Of a stretch of DNA of 64,000 nt, positions 7,612-17,836 are shown piece by piece. How positions within the stretch are numbered: position 1 is the first letter of the stretch; every line of letters begins with the position of its first letter. This DNA comes from Fidelibacterota bacterium (GTDB lineage: Bacteria > Fidelibacterota > UBA8477 > JABMPR01). The position numbers were made by a program, and so were the translations under genes. Under the pieces are notes generated by a model that was given only the letters and a program-made list of their open reading frames with translations, was not told the origin of the DNA and made no database searches. The stretch is from assembly GCA_016784025.1 (NCBI GenBank), contig JADHVL010000002.1, positions 52,490-116,489 on the forward strand. Direction: 5' to 3'.

Positions 7612-8879
7612 AAACGCTTTTCTATTCTCTCTATAATCTTCTTCTTTATTTAGTTTTACCCATACTATGGGTAAGCGCCTACTTTAATGATAAGCTTGCC
7701 GGGAGTTTATCAGGACAGAAAGATATAACTTCGAGAGTTTTACGTTTCAAAGATAAAGTTAAGTCTGATCCCAAACCAATTATCTGGACTCACTCAGCCT
7801 CAGCAGGTGAGTTCGAGCAGATGCGTCCTGTATTAAGCAGACTCTCTGAACTGGATGTTTACATCTACCAGACATTCACCTCTGCCACCATTTTCTACAA
7901 AGCATCACACAATAAAACCTTCCATGGTGTGAGCTTTCTTCCATGGGACCTATATACACGAGTGAATCATTTCGTTACACTTCTAGAACCTGATTTGTTT
8001 ATCAACACAAGGCACGATATCTGGCCCAATCTCCACTTCTCACTTCGTAATAACCAGATTAGAAATATTCTCATCAATGCCAACCTTTATCAGAATTCGA
8101 AACGGCTACTTCCTGGCCTGCGTGGGATCAATGCATTGGTTTTTAATCAAATAGATCACATATATACTGGATCTACTACTCTCAAATCATTGTTAGAGCA
8201 AATATATGCTGGACAAATAGATGTCGTGGGTGACTCACGGTTCGATCAAGTTCACGAACGCTCGATAAAAAACAAGGAAGTGTTGATAACTAATGATTTA
8301 ATAGCTGACCGACGGGTCGTTATATATGGATCTGTGGGTGATAGCGATTTAAAGATTATTACTGATGCCATTGCTCAAGTCCCAGGTGACAAGGCTTTTA
8401 TGCATATTATTGTTCCCCACGAAATTGCTGAACGAGATCTCATTCCTTGGGAGGCTGAGCTTTTCCGACAAAAGATTAAATCAATACGAAAAAGTGAACT
8501 TGCGCAGTTCAAAAATGAATCTGTGATCATCTGGGACAGTGTGGGTCAATTGGCAGACCTGTATAAATACGCCGATCTGGCATTTATTGGAGCTGGTTTT
8601 GGCGCAGGCGTACACTCTGTAACTGAAGCTGCCATATATAAAGTACCTAGTGCCCATGGCCCCAATTATGATATTCTAGCCGAAGCCATTGATCTAGTTG
8701 AGAAAGGACTATCAGCAGTAGTAAATGATGTTGTTGATCTCACAACCTTCTTGTCAATGCCTGAGGAAATCATTTCTGAAATTTCGGTGCAAATTGAGGT
8801 ATACGTTAACGAGGGACTTGGTGCTACTGATAGAATAATAAAGAGCGAACCTCTACTTCGTTCTCTTGCTCCACAATAA
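7608..8879 (+). CDS. waaA: GT30 Kdo-transferase-like glycosyltransferase (WaaA/KdtA family)
   Basis: N-terminal anchor, IWTHSASAGE, FLPWD, DIWPN, ILINA, GDSRFD, IIVPHE, GQLADLYKYADLAFIGAGF..GVHSVTEAA..GP. ATGA overlap with the phosphatase gene. Confidence 0.85.
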   Translation: MKTLFYSLYNLLLYLVLPILWVSAYFNDKLAGSLSGQKDITSRVLRFKDKVKSDPKPIIWTHSASAGEFEQMRPVLSRLSELDVYIYQTFTSATIFYKASHNKTFHGVSFLPWDLYTRVNHFVTLLEPDLFINTRHDIWPNLHFSLRNNQIRNILINANLYQNSKRLLPGLRGINALVFNQIDHIYTGSTTLKSLLEQIYAGQIDVVGDSRFDQVHERSIKNKEVLITNDLIADRRVVIYGSVGDSDLKIITDAIAQVPGDKAFMHIIVPHEIAERDLIPWEAELFRQKIKSIRKSELAQFKNESVIIWDSVGQLADLYKYADLAFIGAGFGAGVHSVTEAAIYKVPSAHGPNYDILAEAIDLVEKGLSAVVNDVVDLTTFLSMPEEIISEISVQIEVYVNEGLGATDRIIKSEPLLRSLAPQ

Positions 8880-9087
8880 AATTAAGCAACAATTCCTGTC
8901 CAATATCTGGAGGGAATGTCACGAGAGATTCACCATCAATACATTCAATCAGCACTAATCTATTGATCCCAATCTGTTTTCCAATGTTATGGCAGAAAAC
9001 ACATGTTTTAATAAAACTTCTGAATGTCATCACATAGTTCTCAATTGTTTTATGAATAATTTAAATCATGTTTATTAAAATGAAATG

Positions 9088-9129
9088 GCCTTTCTATTTC
9101 CCATGGCACTCCAATGGAAATAGAAAGGC
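9088..9129. terminator. 14-bp perfect inverted repeat between convergent waaA and tpx (probable terminator stem-loop)
   Basis: GCCTTTCTATTTCC (9088-9101) and GGAAATAGAAAGGC (9116-9129). U-tracts are weak. Confidence 0.55.
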
Positions 9130-9160
9130 GTTTAAATATTTACCATTCTGATGAAAAGTC

Positions 9161-9661
9161 TTATGCCAGTTTGGCGACGACCTCGTCATAATTTGGTTCG
9201 TCAGAAACAACAGGTACCTGCTGGGTGTAGGTTACTGTTCCGGCACTGTCCACCAGGATCACAACTCTAGACAAAAACCCTTTCATTGGACCATCAATAA
9301 CCTGCAATCCATAATCTTTTCCAAACTGTCCTGTTTCAAAATCAGAAAGAGTGATGACATTCTCCAGGCCTTCAGCGCCACAAAACCTTGATTGGGCAAA
9401 TGGCGTATCACGCGATATGCACAATACTTTTGTGTCTGGGAGCTTTCCTGCAAGTTCGTTAAAATAACGGACAGAAGCTGCACAGGTCCCAGTGTCAAGA
9501 CTGGGGAAGATATTTAGTACAAGGCGTTGTCCTTTAAAATCGACAATGCTTACTCTAGAGAGATCTTTGGCTACCAATTCAAAGTCTGCTGCCTTAGATC
9601 CTATCTCAGGTAACTCACCAATAGTGTGAACTGGATTACCACGTAAAGATATTGTTGCCAT
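9161..9661 (-). CDS. tpx: Thiol peroxidase
   Basis: LNIFPSLDTGTCAASVRYFN, ISRDTPFAQSRFCGAEG, EPNY. Confidence 0.95.
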   Translation of the reverse strand: MATISLRGNPVHTIGELPEIGSKAADFELVAKDLSRVSIVDFKGQRLVLNIFPSLDTGTCAASVRYFNELAGKLPDTKVLCISRDTPFAQSRFCGAEGLENVITLSDFETGQFGKDYGLQVIDGPMKGFLSRVVILVDSAGTVTYTQQVPVVSDEPNYDEVVAKLA

Positions 9662-9804
9662 ATTTAATTTTCCTTTATAATTGTTTAAAATACTATTCCT
9701 GTCAATCTAACTCTGAATCAAGTTGCTGAATATTAAAATGCCACAATTAGTTCTTCACTAGGCTTTCAAAGCATCCTCAAAATGCACATGCAACCGTGAG
9801 ACTC

Positions 9805-10233
9805 CTATCGAATCTCCCAATCTTCCACATCACCTTCGATCAGGTTGAAGAGAGGATGAAGCTGTAACTCGATAGTCTCATTCAGCTTATGATATTTACC
9901 CAAGTCCCTCACTCTTAATTTTCCCAACAAATGAGTTTGTTCATAGAATAACTGTCCCGTGGTTACTGCTATAAATTTAGCGTCCACAGATGAGCCTATC
10001 TTGCTCTCATCAAAATGAAACCCACGTTGCTTAGCTTCTTCAAGAACACTAAGGAGATAAGAGTTAATATGGTTTAAGGGGTGATTTGTGGCTTTAAAGC
10101 GATGAAGTTGGGGATGATTCTGATACCCCTTGGTCATGCCTTCCAGGACACGTTTTGCCAACAAAGTTTCTCGCCAGAGAGCGGCCAATCCTTTGCTATC
10201 TAAATACATGGGATGAAGGGACCAAATTCTCAT
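9805..10233 (-). CDS. Pyrimidine dimer DNA glycosylase / T4 endonuclease V-like family protein
   Basis: MRIWSLHP.YLD.KGL.ALWRE.LLA..VL.G.TKGY.NHPQL signature. Confidence 0.8.
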   Translation of the reverse strand: MRIWSLHPMYLDSKGLAALWRETLLAKRVLEGMTKGYQNHPQLHRFKATNHPLNHINSYLLSVLEEAKQRGFHFDESKIGSSVDAKFIAVTTGQLFYEQTHLLGKLRVRDLGKYHKLNETIELQLHPLFNLIEGDVEDWEIR

Positions 10234-10302
10234 TACTTAAACCTATATAAATAAGGAAAAAGAACTATGAAATCAATTTAACCATTAAGCTTGAGTGTTT
10301 AC

Positions 10303-11586
10303 TTAAGGTGTTCTGTGTCCTGAGGGTCTACGACGTTTAGGTCGACTTCCACCGCCACCTGAATTTGCAGGCTTCGATTTCTTCCGTAAGCCATATGGTA
10401 CTGCAGCATCCTTAGCTGCCACTTCAGGACTATAATTCAAAAAAGGATGCTCAGAGACAACTTTGATTTTTTGCTTGATCAATTTTTCAATATCTCGGAG
10501 AAATGCTTTTTCTTCCTCATCACAAAAGGAAAGGGCTATACCACTGAAACCAGCTCTCCCCGTTCGTCCGATACGGTGTACATATGTCTCGGAGATATTA
10601 GGAAGGTCATAGTTAACCACATGGGACAATTCATCAATATCAATCCCACGTGCAGCAATGTCTGTGGCCACCAGAACTTTAGTTTCTCCACTTTTAAAAT
10701 TTCCCAGCGCCCGTTGTCGAGCCGTCTGTGACTTATTGCTATGAATAGCTTCTGCTGAAACGCCTGCTCGATCCAAAAACTTGACAATTTTATTAGCGCC
10801 GTGTTTTGTCCGGGAAAAAACCAGGACAGACTCCATGGCTAAGGTGTTTAGTAAATGAATTAGAAGTTTTGTTTTACCCGGCTTACTGACAAAGTAAACG
10901 GCTTGTTCAACTTTCTCAGCAGTTGTCTGGTCAGGAGTCACAGACACTTTTTCAGGATTGCCCAGGATCTTACGAGAAAGGGCTACAATATCTGGAGGCA
11001 TAGTTGCAGAGAAAAACAAAGATTGACGCTTTGGTGGTAGCAGGGCAATCAGCTTTCTGATATCATGGATAAATCCCATGTCCAACATTCTGTCCGCTTC
11101 GTCTAGAACTGAGTATTCAACATCCTTTAAACTGATAAAACCCTGTCCAATGAGATCAAGGAGACGTCCAGGAGTAGCAACCAGGACATCAATACCCCGG
11201 TCGAGAATTTTGGTCTGGGCTCCCTGTTTTACACCACCAAAGATTACCGTGTTTTTAATCCCGGTATGCTTGCCATATACGCTAAAACTCTCGCCTATCT
11301 GTATGGCCAGTTCCCTCGTGGGGGTAACTATGAGAGCCTTTATTTTTCGATGGTCTCGATGGTCTCGATGGTTCTGCTTGTTTTGATGCTTCAGGTACAG
11401 GTGTTGGAGAATGGGTATGGCGAAGGCAGCCGTTTTCCCTGTTCCTGTCTGAGCACAACCAAGAAGATCCTTACCCCGTAATAGAATGGGAATGGATTGT
11501 TCCTGAATGGGAGTAGGATTGGTATAGCCTTCGGCACTCAATGCCCTGAGGATTGGGTCAATAAGCCCTAACTGTTGAAAAGTCAT
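10303..11586 (-). CDS. rhlE: DEAD-box RNA helicase, RhlE-like
   Basis: Q motif, [21 protein letters not shown] and [10 protein letters not shown] motifs; basic C-terminal tail. Confidence 0.85.
   Translation of the reverse strand: MTFQQLGLIDPILRALSAEGYTNPTPIQEQSIPILLRGKDLLGCAQTGTGKTAAFAIPILQHLYLKHQNKQNHRDHRDHRKIKALIVTPTRELAIQIGESFSVYGKHTGIKNTVIFGGVKQGAQTKILDRGIDVLVATPGRLLDLIGQGFISLKDVEYSVLDEADRMLDMGFIHDIRKLIALLPPKRQSLFFSATMPPDIVALSRKILGNPEKVSVTPDQTTAEKVEQAVYFVSKPGKTKLLIHLLNTLAMESVLVFSRTKHGANKIVKFLDRAGVSAEAIHSNKSQTARQRALGNFKSGETKVLVATDIAARGIDIDELSHVVNYDLPNISETYVHRIGRTGRAGFSGIALSFCDEEEKAFLRDIEKLIKQKIKVVSEHPFLNYSPEVAAKDAAVPYGLRKKSKPANSGGGGSRPKRRRPSGHRTP
11347..11373. repeat. 9-bp tandem repeat (3 copies) inside rhlE
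   Basis: TCGATGGTC TCGATGGTC TCGATGGTT, encoding HRDHRDHR. Confidence 0.8.
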
Positions 11587-11595
11587 ACTAGGCTA

Positions 11596-13428
11596 TCACT
11601 TCTTACGACTTCGACGTGGACTGATGCCACTCTTTTTTCCACGATCACTACGTCTACCGCCCTGACTCATTCCATATTCTTTTTGCTTGGAAAATTTTTT
11701 CTTTTTTGTTGGCAAAGGAGTTGGCTTTTCTGTAGAAACTTCCAGTTGAACTTTGACGCCTTCATGTTCCTGACCATGCAGCTTGTCAACCAGTGTATTC
11801 ACAACACCCTGTTCAATATCGAAAAAGGCAAACTTCTTCATAATTTCAATGGCACCCACATCAGCTTCATTGGAGTTTAAAGTTTTATTAATTAAACCAA
11901 TCAAGCGCGTTGGTGTTAAATCATTTTTCATCCCCAGATTGATAAACAATCTGGTGAAAGTTTTATGACGGGGGCCTTGCTCTCGCTGGACATCCGGCCT
12001 ATCACCCTGCTTGGTTCTATCTCTTCGGGTGTCTGGCTTATCGCCCCTCTTGTTTCTATCTCGTCGACCTAGGCGTTCCCCACGTTCCGGTTTATCATTA
12101 GCTGAAACGTTAATATCAGTAGCATGCTTGTAATAGGCCAGGAAACGATTGAACTCTGCTGACACAAAATGCTTTATAAGTTCTTCTCGACTCAACCATT
12201 CCAGTTTTTCATAGATGGCTGGCATGAAGGGACCAATTTGCTTTTCGTCAACTTCAACTTTTTCAATTTTATCAATTAGAGAGTATAGCTGCTTGCTACA
12301 AATATCTTTCCCCGTAGGGACAAGTTCTTTGGTGAATTTTAGTTTGAATTTATTTTCTATTGATCTGATTTTTCCAAACTCACGGGTATGAATGATGGCA
12401 ATTGAGATACCATTCTTTCCAGCCCTTCCAGTTCTACCACTTCTATGGATATAAACTTCTGAATCATCAGGTAGGTTGTAGTTAACCACATGGGTGAGAT
12501 CGTTAATATCCAGCCCACGTGCAGCAACATCAGTAGCAACTAGAATCTGTATTTTTTTAGATCGAAATCTTTTCATCACTTCATCGCGTTGTGCCTGTGA
12601 CAATTCACCATGCAGGGCATCGGCATTATAACCGTCATGCATAAATTTATGCGCCACATCCTTGGTCTCTTGCCTTGTTCGACAAAAAACCAGACCATAA
12701 ATGGTTGGATTTGAATCAGCGATTCGCTTCAGAACTTCGTATCTGTTCTTGGCTTGAACCATATAATAAATATGCCTGACGTTCACAGCACCTGTGTTCA
12801 TTTTTGTGGCAGCAATTTCAATAGGATCCTTCATGTAAGTCTTGGTCATCCGCTGCACTTCTTTTGACATGGTCGCTGAAAACAGGAGTGTCTGTTTTGT
12901 AGCTGAAGTCTCGCTCAGGATGGCGTCCAGATCTTCCTTAAAACCCATATTGAGCATCTCATCAGCTTCATCTAAAACCACCCGTTCAACATTCCCCAGG
13001 AGCAATCTTTTTCGCTTAATTAAATCTTTGGCGCGGCCAGGTGTGGCCACGACGATTTGAGCAGATTTTCTGAGTGCTCTAATCTGGGTATCAATAGGGG
13101 CACCACCATACACTGCAACGATACCAATCTCTTTGATTTTTTTAGCGAAATTATTCAAATCCTTCGTAATCTGGATACACAGTTCCCTAGTGGGGCAAAG
13201 AATGAGTGTCTGTGTTCTTTTATCTTCAGGTTTTGTGAGATGTACTGCCGGTAAACCAAAAGCTCCGGTTTTTCCTGTCCCCGTTTGAGCAAAGGCTACT
13301 AGGTCCTGAGTTGAGGTTAATAAGTGTGGAATTGTCTTTTCCTGAATAGGGGTTGGGCTTTCAAAACCTAATTCTTGAATTGCCTGAACAATGTCATCAT
13401 TTAGGCCGAGTTGTGCAAAAACATTCAT
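11596..13428 (-). CDS. deaD: DEAD-box RNA helicase, DeaD/CsdA-like, with DbpA RNA-binding domain
   Basis: All DEAD-box motifs plus a C-terminal RLFINLG..N.LTP..L...VG.IEI...FAFFDI domain. ATG 13428 preferred over TTG 13446. Confidence 0.85.
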   Translation of the reverse strand: MNVFAQLGLNDDIVQAIQELGFESPTPIQEKTIPHLLTSTQDLVAFAQTGTGKTGAFGLPAVHLTKPEDKRTQTLILCPTRELCIQITKDLNNFAKKIKEIGIVAVYGGAPIDTQIRALRKSAQIVVATPGRAKDLIKRKRLLLGNVERVVLDEADEMLNMGFKEDLDAILSETSATKQTLLFSATMSKEVQRMTKTYMKDPIEIAATKMNTGAVNVRHIYYMVQAKNRYEVLKRIADSNPTIYGLVFCRTRQETKDVAHKFMHDGYNADALHGELSQAQRDEVMKRFRSKKIQILVATDVAARGLDINDLTHVVNYNLPDDSEVYIHRSGRTGRAGKNGISIAIIHTREFGKIRSIENKFKLKFTKELVPTGKDICSKQLYSLIDKIEKVEVDEKQIGPFMPAIYEKLEWLSREELIKHFVSAEFNRFLAYYKHATDINVSANDKPERGERLGRRDRNKRGDKPDTRRDRTKQGDRPDVQREQGPRHKTFTRLFINLGMKNDLTPTRLIGLINKTLNSNEADVGAIEIMKKFAFFDIEQGVVNTLVDKLHGQEHEGVKVQLEVSTEKPTPLPTKKKKFSKQKEYGMSQGGRRSDRGKKSGISPRRSRKK

Positions 13429-13701
13429 GGTGATAGTTTGATCCAATTAATATTTAGTATGTTGTTATTTTCATTTCGTTTAGTATAAACGAGTTCAACC
13501 CTTCAACTAACCATATCTGAAAATGAGAGTAATTCAGTATTTTTTGATTTGAATGGTAACAGGTAAGGGCTATAGCCATTCCTCATACCCTGAAAACTCC
13601 ATGATGTACCCTAAATGATTGAATTTTGGGGAAAGATCTTCAGCCTAAATGGTCACGACCGGGAAGCGAGGATGATTCAACCGACCCTATTTTTTCACAA
13701 C

Positions 13702-14394
13702 TTAGGAGCGTTTGTTGAGTTCCTTGAGTGCCTGCTTAAGTAGCTTTGACATTTTCATATAGCCTGCCTTATTGGGATGTACACCATCATAGGTGTACTT
13801 TTCCTTTAGACCATTTTTATTATCTGCCATGGGAGTAAAATAATCCAGATAGGTGATCCCATTCGCTCTAGCGTATGCCTGCAACATTTTGTTCAGCTCC
13901 ACGATCTGCTCTGCTGGCTGAATCTCCTTCTTCCAGGGATATTCGTATGCAGGCAAAACAGATGACAAAATAATACTTATATCATTGGCAAGGGCCAACT
14001 CACACATGGAGACAATGTACCCCTGAATCTCGTCAAGCGTCATGGGTCCAGTGTTCCCGGCGATATCATTTGTCCCTCCTAGAATGACCACTACATCAGG
14101 TTCCAGATCGATGACATCCTGCCTGAAGCGCAGCAGCATTTGTGGTGTGGTTTGTCCACTGATACCCCTGGCGATATATTGAGGGGATTCAAAGAATTCG
14201 GGATAGAACTTGGGCCACCCCTCAATAATGGAATTTCCCATGAGTACAACTCGTGATTCTCCAGGAGCTGAAGGGTTCAGGTTGAGATTTTCCTCACGGA
14301 AGCGCTCCAAATTTGCCCAATCCTGAGCCGCTACCTCCAGGGATGATCCTATCACCATCAGGGAGATTATGAATATGGGATGGAAAATTTTCAT
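13702..14394 (-). CDS. Secreted SGNH/GDSL hydrolase
   Basis: Signal peptide; GNSI, RGISGQTT, GGTND and DGVHP blocks. Confidence 0.9.
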   Translation of the reverse strand: MKIFHPIFIISLMVIGSSLEVAAQDWANLERFREENLNLNPSAPGESRVVLMGNSIIEGWPKFYPEFFESPQYIARGISGQTTPQMLLRFRQDVIDLEPDVVVILGGTNDIAGNTGPMTLDEIQGYIVSMCELALANDISIILSSVLPAYEYPWKKEIQPAEQIVELNKMLQAYARANGITYLDYFTPMADNKNGLKEKYTYDGVHPNKAGYMKMSKLLKQALKELNKRS

Positions 14395-14472
14395 GCCTTA
14401 ACTCTCCTCAAATATTGCCAGATGTCTCTCATGCTATCCTCTGGCGTTCCACCAAACTTTTAGGTGTTAATT

Positions 14473-17022
14473 TTAAGCTGAATTTCTGCTTGCATTAATG
14501 TTTCCGTACAGGGATCGTTGAACAATTTTCTCATAGCTACTTACTTGATCCCCACCTTCTTCAATCTTTTGCATGGCGTACTGTTGAATCAACAGAAGGG
14601 GTAGCACAATTCGTTTCCGAACTTCAATCGATTCTCTGGAAACAGCTTCTTCCTCCATGAGATGATCAAAATCTGAGATGGATAGAAGCATTTCACTTGA
14701 TAACTGGTATTCATCCAGGAGAATATTCCAGAATTCAGAATACTCGCTGTCGTTGGCTATATATCGGGTGAGCTCAAAATCGCATTTAAAAAGTGACATC
14801 ATACTATTTAGCATGAGTGTTTTGAAGTACGGAACATCTACAAACAGTCGTTTTAGTTTATCCAATTTTCCCTGATCAACGAGGGCTTTAACAGCAGTAC
14901 CCACCCCAAAATAACCTGGTACATTTTGCTTCATCTGACTCCAGGATCCGACAAAAGGTATCGCTCGTAAATCATCCAATTCCAGGTTCTTTTGAGTTCC
15001 CCTCTTTACCGGTCTACTCCCAATATTGGCCTCCGAATAATATGGCAGTGTGCTCTTATTTTCCAGGTAGGGAATAAACTTCTCATGGTTCTTAAGGTTG
15101 ATATATTTCTCGTGACTCAACTTGGCCAAATCCTTTAGAAGGTCCCTCTCCTCTTGGGAAATCGTGATCTCCTTGTCGTAGATGACATTGGATAGTCCCG
15201 CCGTTAGTAATTGTTCACAATTGTGTGTGAAATGTTCTTTGGTTCCATAACGACTGGTGATGGTCTGTCCCTGAATGGTCAACTGAATTTCATGTTTGGC
15301 AATCTGTTTACTCTGAGAGGCATAAAAACGATTTGTCTTCCCACCACCTCGAGCCGGTGGTCCACCGCGACCATCAAAAAAGATGGCTTTAATTTCATGA
15401 CGTTCACAGACAGCTGATAAGGCTTCCTTGGTTTTAAAAATTGCCCAATTTGCCTGGAGATAGCCACCATCCTTTGTTCCATCGGAGAATCCCAACATGA
15501 CAGTCTGTTTATTGTCACGCTGCAGCAGATGATTTCTATATAGAGGGGTATTAAAGAGTGCATCCATGATAGCCTCTGAATGATCCATTCCTATCATGGA
15601 TTCAAATAGAGGAACAATATCAAAGGGCAGTTGATCCCCTTTCCAGCCGCACCATCTGAAAAGTGCAAAGACAAAAAGCACTGAAAAGACATCCTCAGAG
15701 TTGCTGATGATGTAACGATGGCAACCCATCTCTCCGTTCTTATCCTGGATCTCTTTTAAAGAACAAATGGTCTGTATGGTATCTCGGATAAGTTCATCAT
15801 CGTACTGGGTGATATCCAGCAACAATTCTTTTGTGGTCAGGATGTTTACCAGCTCATCTGGATCAAGCTCTTCCAGCTTGGTATGAACCAGCTGTTCTTT
15901 CACCAGAATCGCTTCGATGGTTTTATAGTGGACGTGGTGATTCTGACGAATATCCAATGAGGCAAAATGTGATTTAAATATTTTTACTTTATCAATCACT
16001 CTATCCAGGTCATCCAGATACAATCCATTGTTTTTTATCCGAACTGTGTCCCTCACCTGAAGCAGGGGATCTAGAATCTCTCTATATGGGATACCTTTGT
16101 CAGAATCATAAGTGGCTTTGTATAGTTTGTTTCGCAATTTACCGATAATTTCGTCCACACCCTTAAAGGTCAATTTTGACGCAAGACCTTTGATGTCCCA
16201 ATAGTAGCACTTCATCAGACTCATTCTGAGATCATTGGCGACCTGCATGGTCGTTCTTGAAGTAACAAAGGGATTTCCATCTCGGTCTCCCCCTGGCCAA
16301 AAACCAAGCTGAATAATGTTAGGATTGTCAAAATCATCATTGCCAAGCTTGTGCTTGATTTTCCAATAGAGATCTCCAATGGCATCATAGTATACATATT
16401 TGAGGTAGTAGATTAGATTTTTGGCTTCCTCAAATGGTGTGGGTCGTTTGGCGTTGAGTAATGATGTCATCCCCAGCTGCTGAAGCACCTGGTCGATATG
16501 ATTAATATCATTCTTTTTGATGAGCTTGCGCAAATCACTTATAATATCGAGAACAGCCTGCGGGTAAAACTGAGTTGGATGGGCAGTGAGGACCAGGCGG
16601 GCACTAAATTCAGAGAGTTTTTCTAAAATTTCTTCGCTCTTGTTTCTGGAGTTTAAGAGGGTAAAAAAATCATTTAAGGAGAGATCGGAGTTGTGTTTTT
16701 GAAGCTGTCCGAAAGAAGCATCTTCAACACTATCAAACAAGACCACCTGCCGCTCAACATATTGGATAACATTGAACATAAATTCAATTTTTTCAGTTTC
16801 CGTACCAATATTCGTATGCGTGGTGCAAAATGTATCCAGAATTTCCAGCGGCTCTAACCCATCAGTCAGTCCCTTTTTAGACACTTCATGCAAAAGCGGA
16901 ATGAGAATACCGACATTGCTTATGCTCTCTGAAGGAAGATTTAAAAAAAGACTGTTGTAGATATTAAATTTATTTTTGACCCACTTTTCGTAGGTTTCGA
17001 TTCGTGCTGTTTGATTCTTCAA
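14473..17022 (-). CDS. ppc: Phosphoenolpyruvate carboxylase
   Basis: VLTAHPT, GGDRDGNP, VMLGFSDGTKDGG, FDGRGGPPARGGG and LRAIPFV motifs. Confidence 0.95.
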   Translation of the reverse strand: MKNQTARIETYEKWVKNKFNIYNSLFLNLPSESISNVGILIPLLHEVSKKGLTDGLEPLEILDTFCTTHTNIGTETEKIEFMFNVIQYVERQVVLFDSVEDASFGQLQKHNSDLSLNDFFTLLNSRNKSEEILEKLSEFSARLVLTAHPTQFYPQAVLDIISDLRKLIKKNDINHIDQVLQQLGMTSLLNAKRPTPFEEAKNLIYYLKYVYYDAIGDLYWKIKHKLGNDDFDNPNIIQLGFWPGGDRDGNPFVTSRTTMQVANDLRMSLMKCYYWDIKGLASKLTFKGVDEIIGKLRNKLYKATYDSDKGIPYREILDPLLQVRDTVRIKNNGLYLDDLDRVIDKVKIFKSHFASLDIRQNHHVHYKTIEAILVKEQLVHTKLEELDPDELVNILTTKELLLDITQYDDELIRDTIQTICSLKEIQDKNGEMGCHRYIISNSEDVFSVLFVFALFRWCGWKGDQLPFDIVPLFESMIGMDHSEAIMDALFNTPLYRNHLLQRDNKQTVMLGFSDGTKDGGYLQANWAIFKTKEALSAVCERHEIKAIFFDGRGGPPARGGGKTNRFYASQSKQIAKHEIQLTIQGQTITSRYGTKEHFTHNCEQLLTAGLSNVIYDKEITISQEERDLLKDLAKLSHEKYINLKNHEKFIPYLENKSTLPYYSEANIGSRPVKRGTQKNLELDDLRAIPFVGSWSQMKQNVPGYFGVGTAVKALVDQGKLDKLKRLFVDVPYFKTLMLNSMMSLFKCDFELTRYIANDSEYSEFWNILLDEYQLSSEMLLSISDFDHLMEEEAVSRESIEVRKRIVLPLLLIQQYAMQKIEEGGDQVSSYEKIVQRSLYGNINASRNSA

Positions 17023-17110
17023 TTATCTATTTATCCTATTAAGTCTACTTCCGCCCATCATGAGCAGGAAACAACTTGATTTATCTCTGGATGAGTGGAT
17101 TACAACTTTA

Positions 17111-17746
17111 TTATAACCACCCTAATCCCAGACCAAAAATTAACACAGCCAGAGCATCAATTCCCCAGATTGCTCCTACAGTGATTAGCCTTTTTTTCAT
17201 GGTAGGCATATCATAGACCCAGAAGGCAACAACAAAAAAGGTGAGATAGCCAAACAGGAATATGAGCCAGGGAGTATTTGCATCCCAAAAGGCCCAATCC
17301 CAGGTGAGGGCATCAACGGCATTGAGAAGTATCTCGATAAACACACAAAAAATGGAACCGGCAATAGCTATGAACCATCTGTTAGGCACACCAAGAATTT
17401 TATCCTCTTTGTAGGGGAGTAAAAATTTTGTCCATATTATTCCTGATACGGCGAACATAAACATGATCTCAATATTCAGCCCGACGAGGATGAGATATGC
17501 CGTATCCCCTGGTGCACACCAGAGTGGAGCCCACCCTGCAAGTTTAAAAATAACTGAGTTCATGATCTCGTTGAACCAGTCCATCCCCCAGAATGCCAAA
17601 CCAGCTAGAACAGCGATATAATTTTTTTTCTCCATTTCAACGGCATAGACATAAAACACAAATGCCAGTAGTGGAATGACGTACCATTGGAAATTTGAAC
17701 CATCACGAAGATGGGTCAGCGCTTGTTGCGAAAAGTCACTGGGCAT
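17111..17746 (-). CDS. Hypothetical integral membrane protein
   Basis: About 6-7 hydrophobic segments, Trp-rich; GGAGG SD upstream. Confidence 0.75.
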   Translation of the reverse strand: MPSDFSQQALTHLRDGSNFQWYVIPLLAFVFYVYAVEMEKKNYIAVLAGLAFWGMDWFNEIMNSVIFKLAGWAPLWCAPGDTAYLILVGLNIEIMFMFAVSGIIWTKFLLPYKEDKILGVPNRWFIAIAGSIFCVFIEILLNAVDALTWDWAFWDANTPWLIFLFGYLTFFVVAFWVYDMPTMKKRLITVGAIWGIDALAVLIFGLGLGWL

Positions 17747-17836
17747 ATTGCCTCCCCTCTTAAGAATTTGCCAAGAAATTAACTGTACGGCAATATAGTT
17801 AAAGCTCTAAGTGAAGGGATAAGCAATCCTATCCGA

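Noticed and set aside
8824..9033. 69-aa minus-strand ORF containing CVFCH (CxxCH)
   Set aside because: No signal peptide, overlaps the waaA 3' end and has no cytochrome-like context; probably chance.
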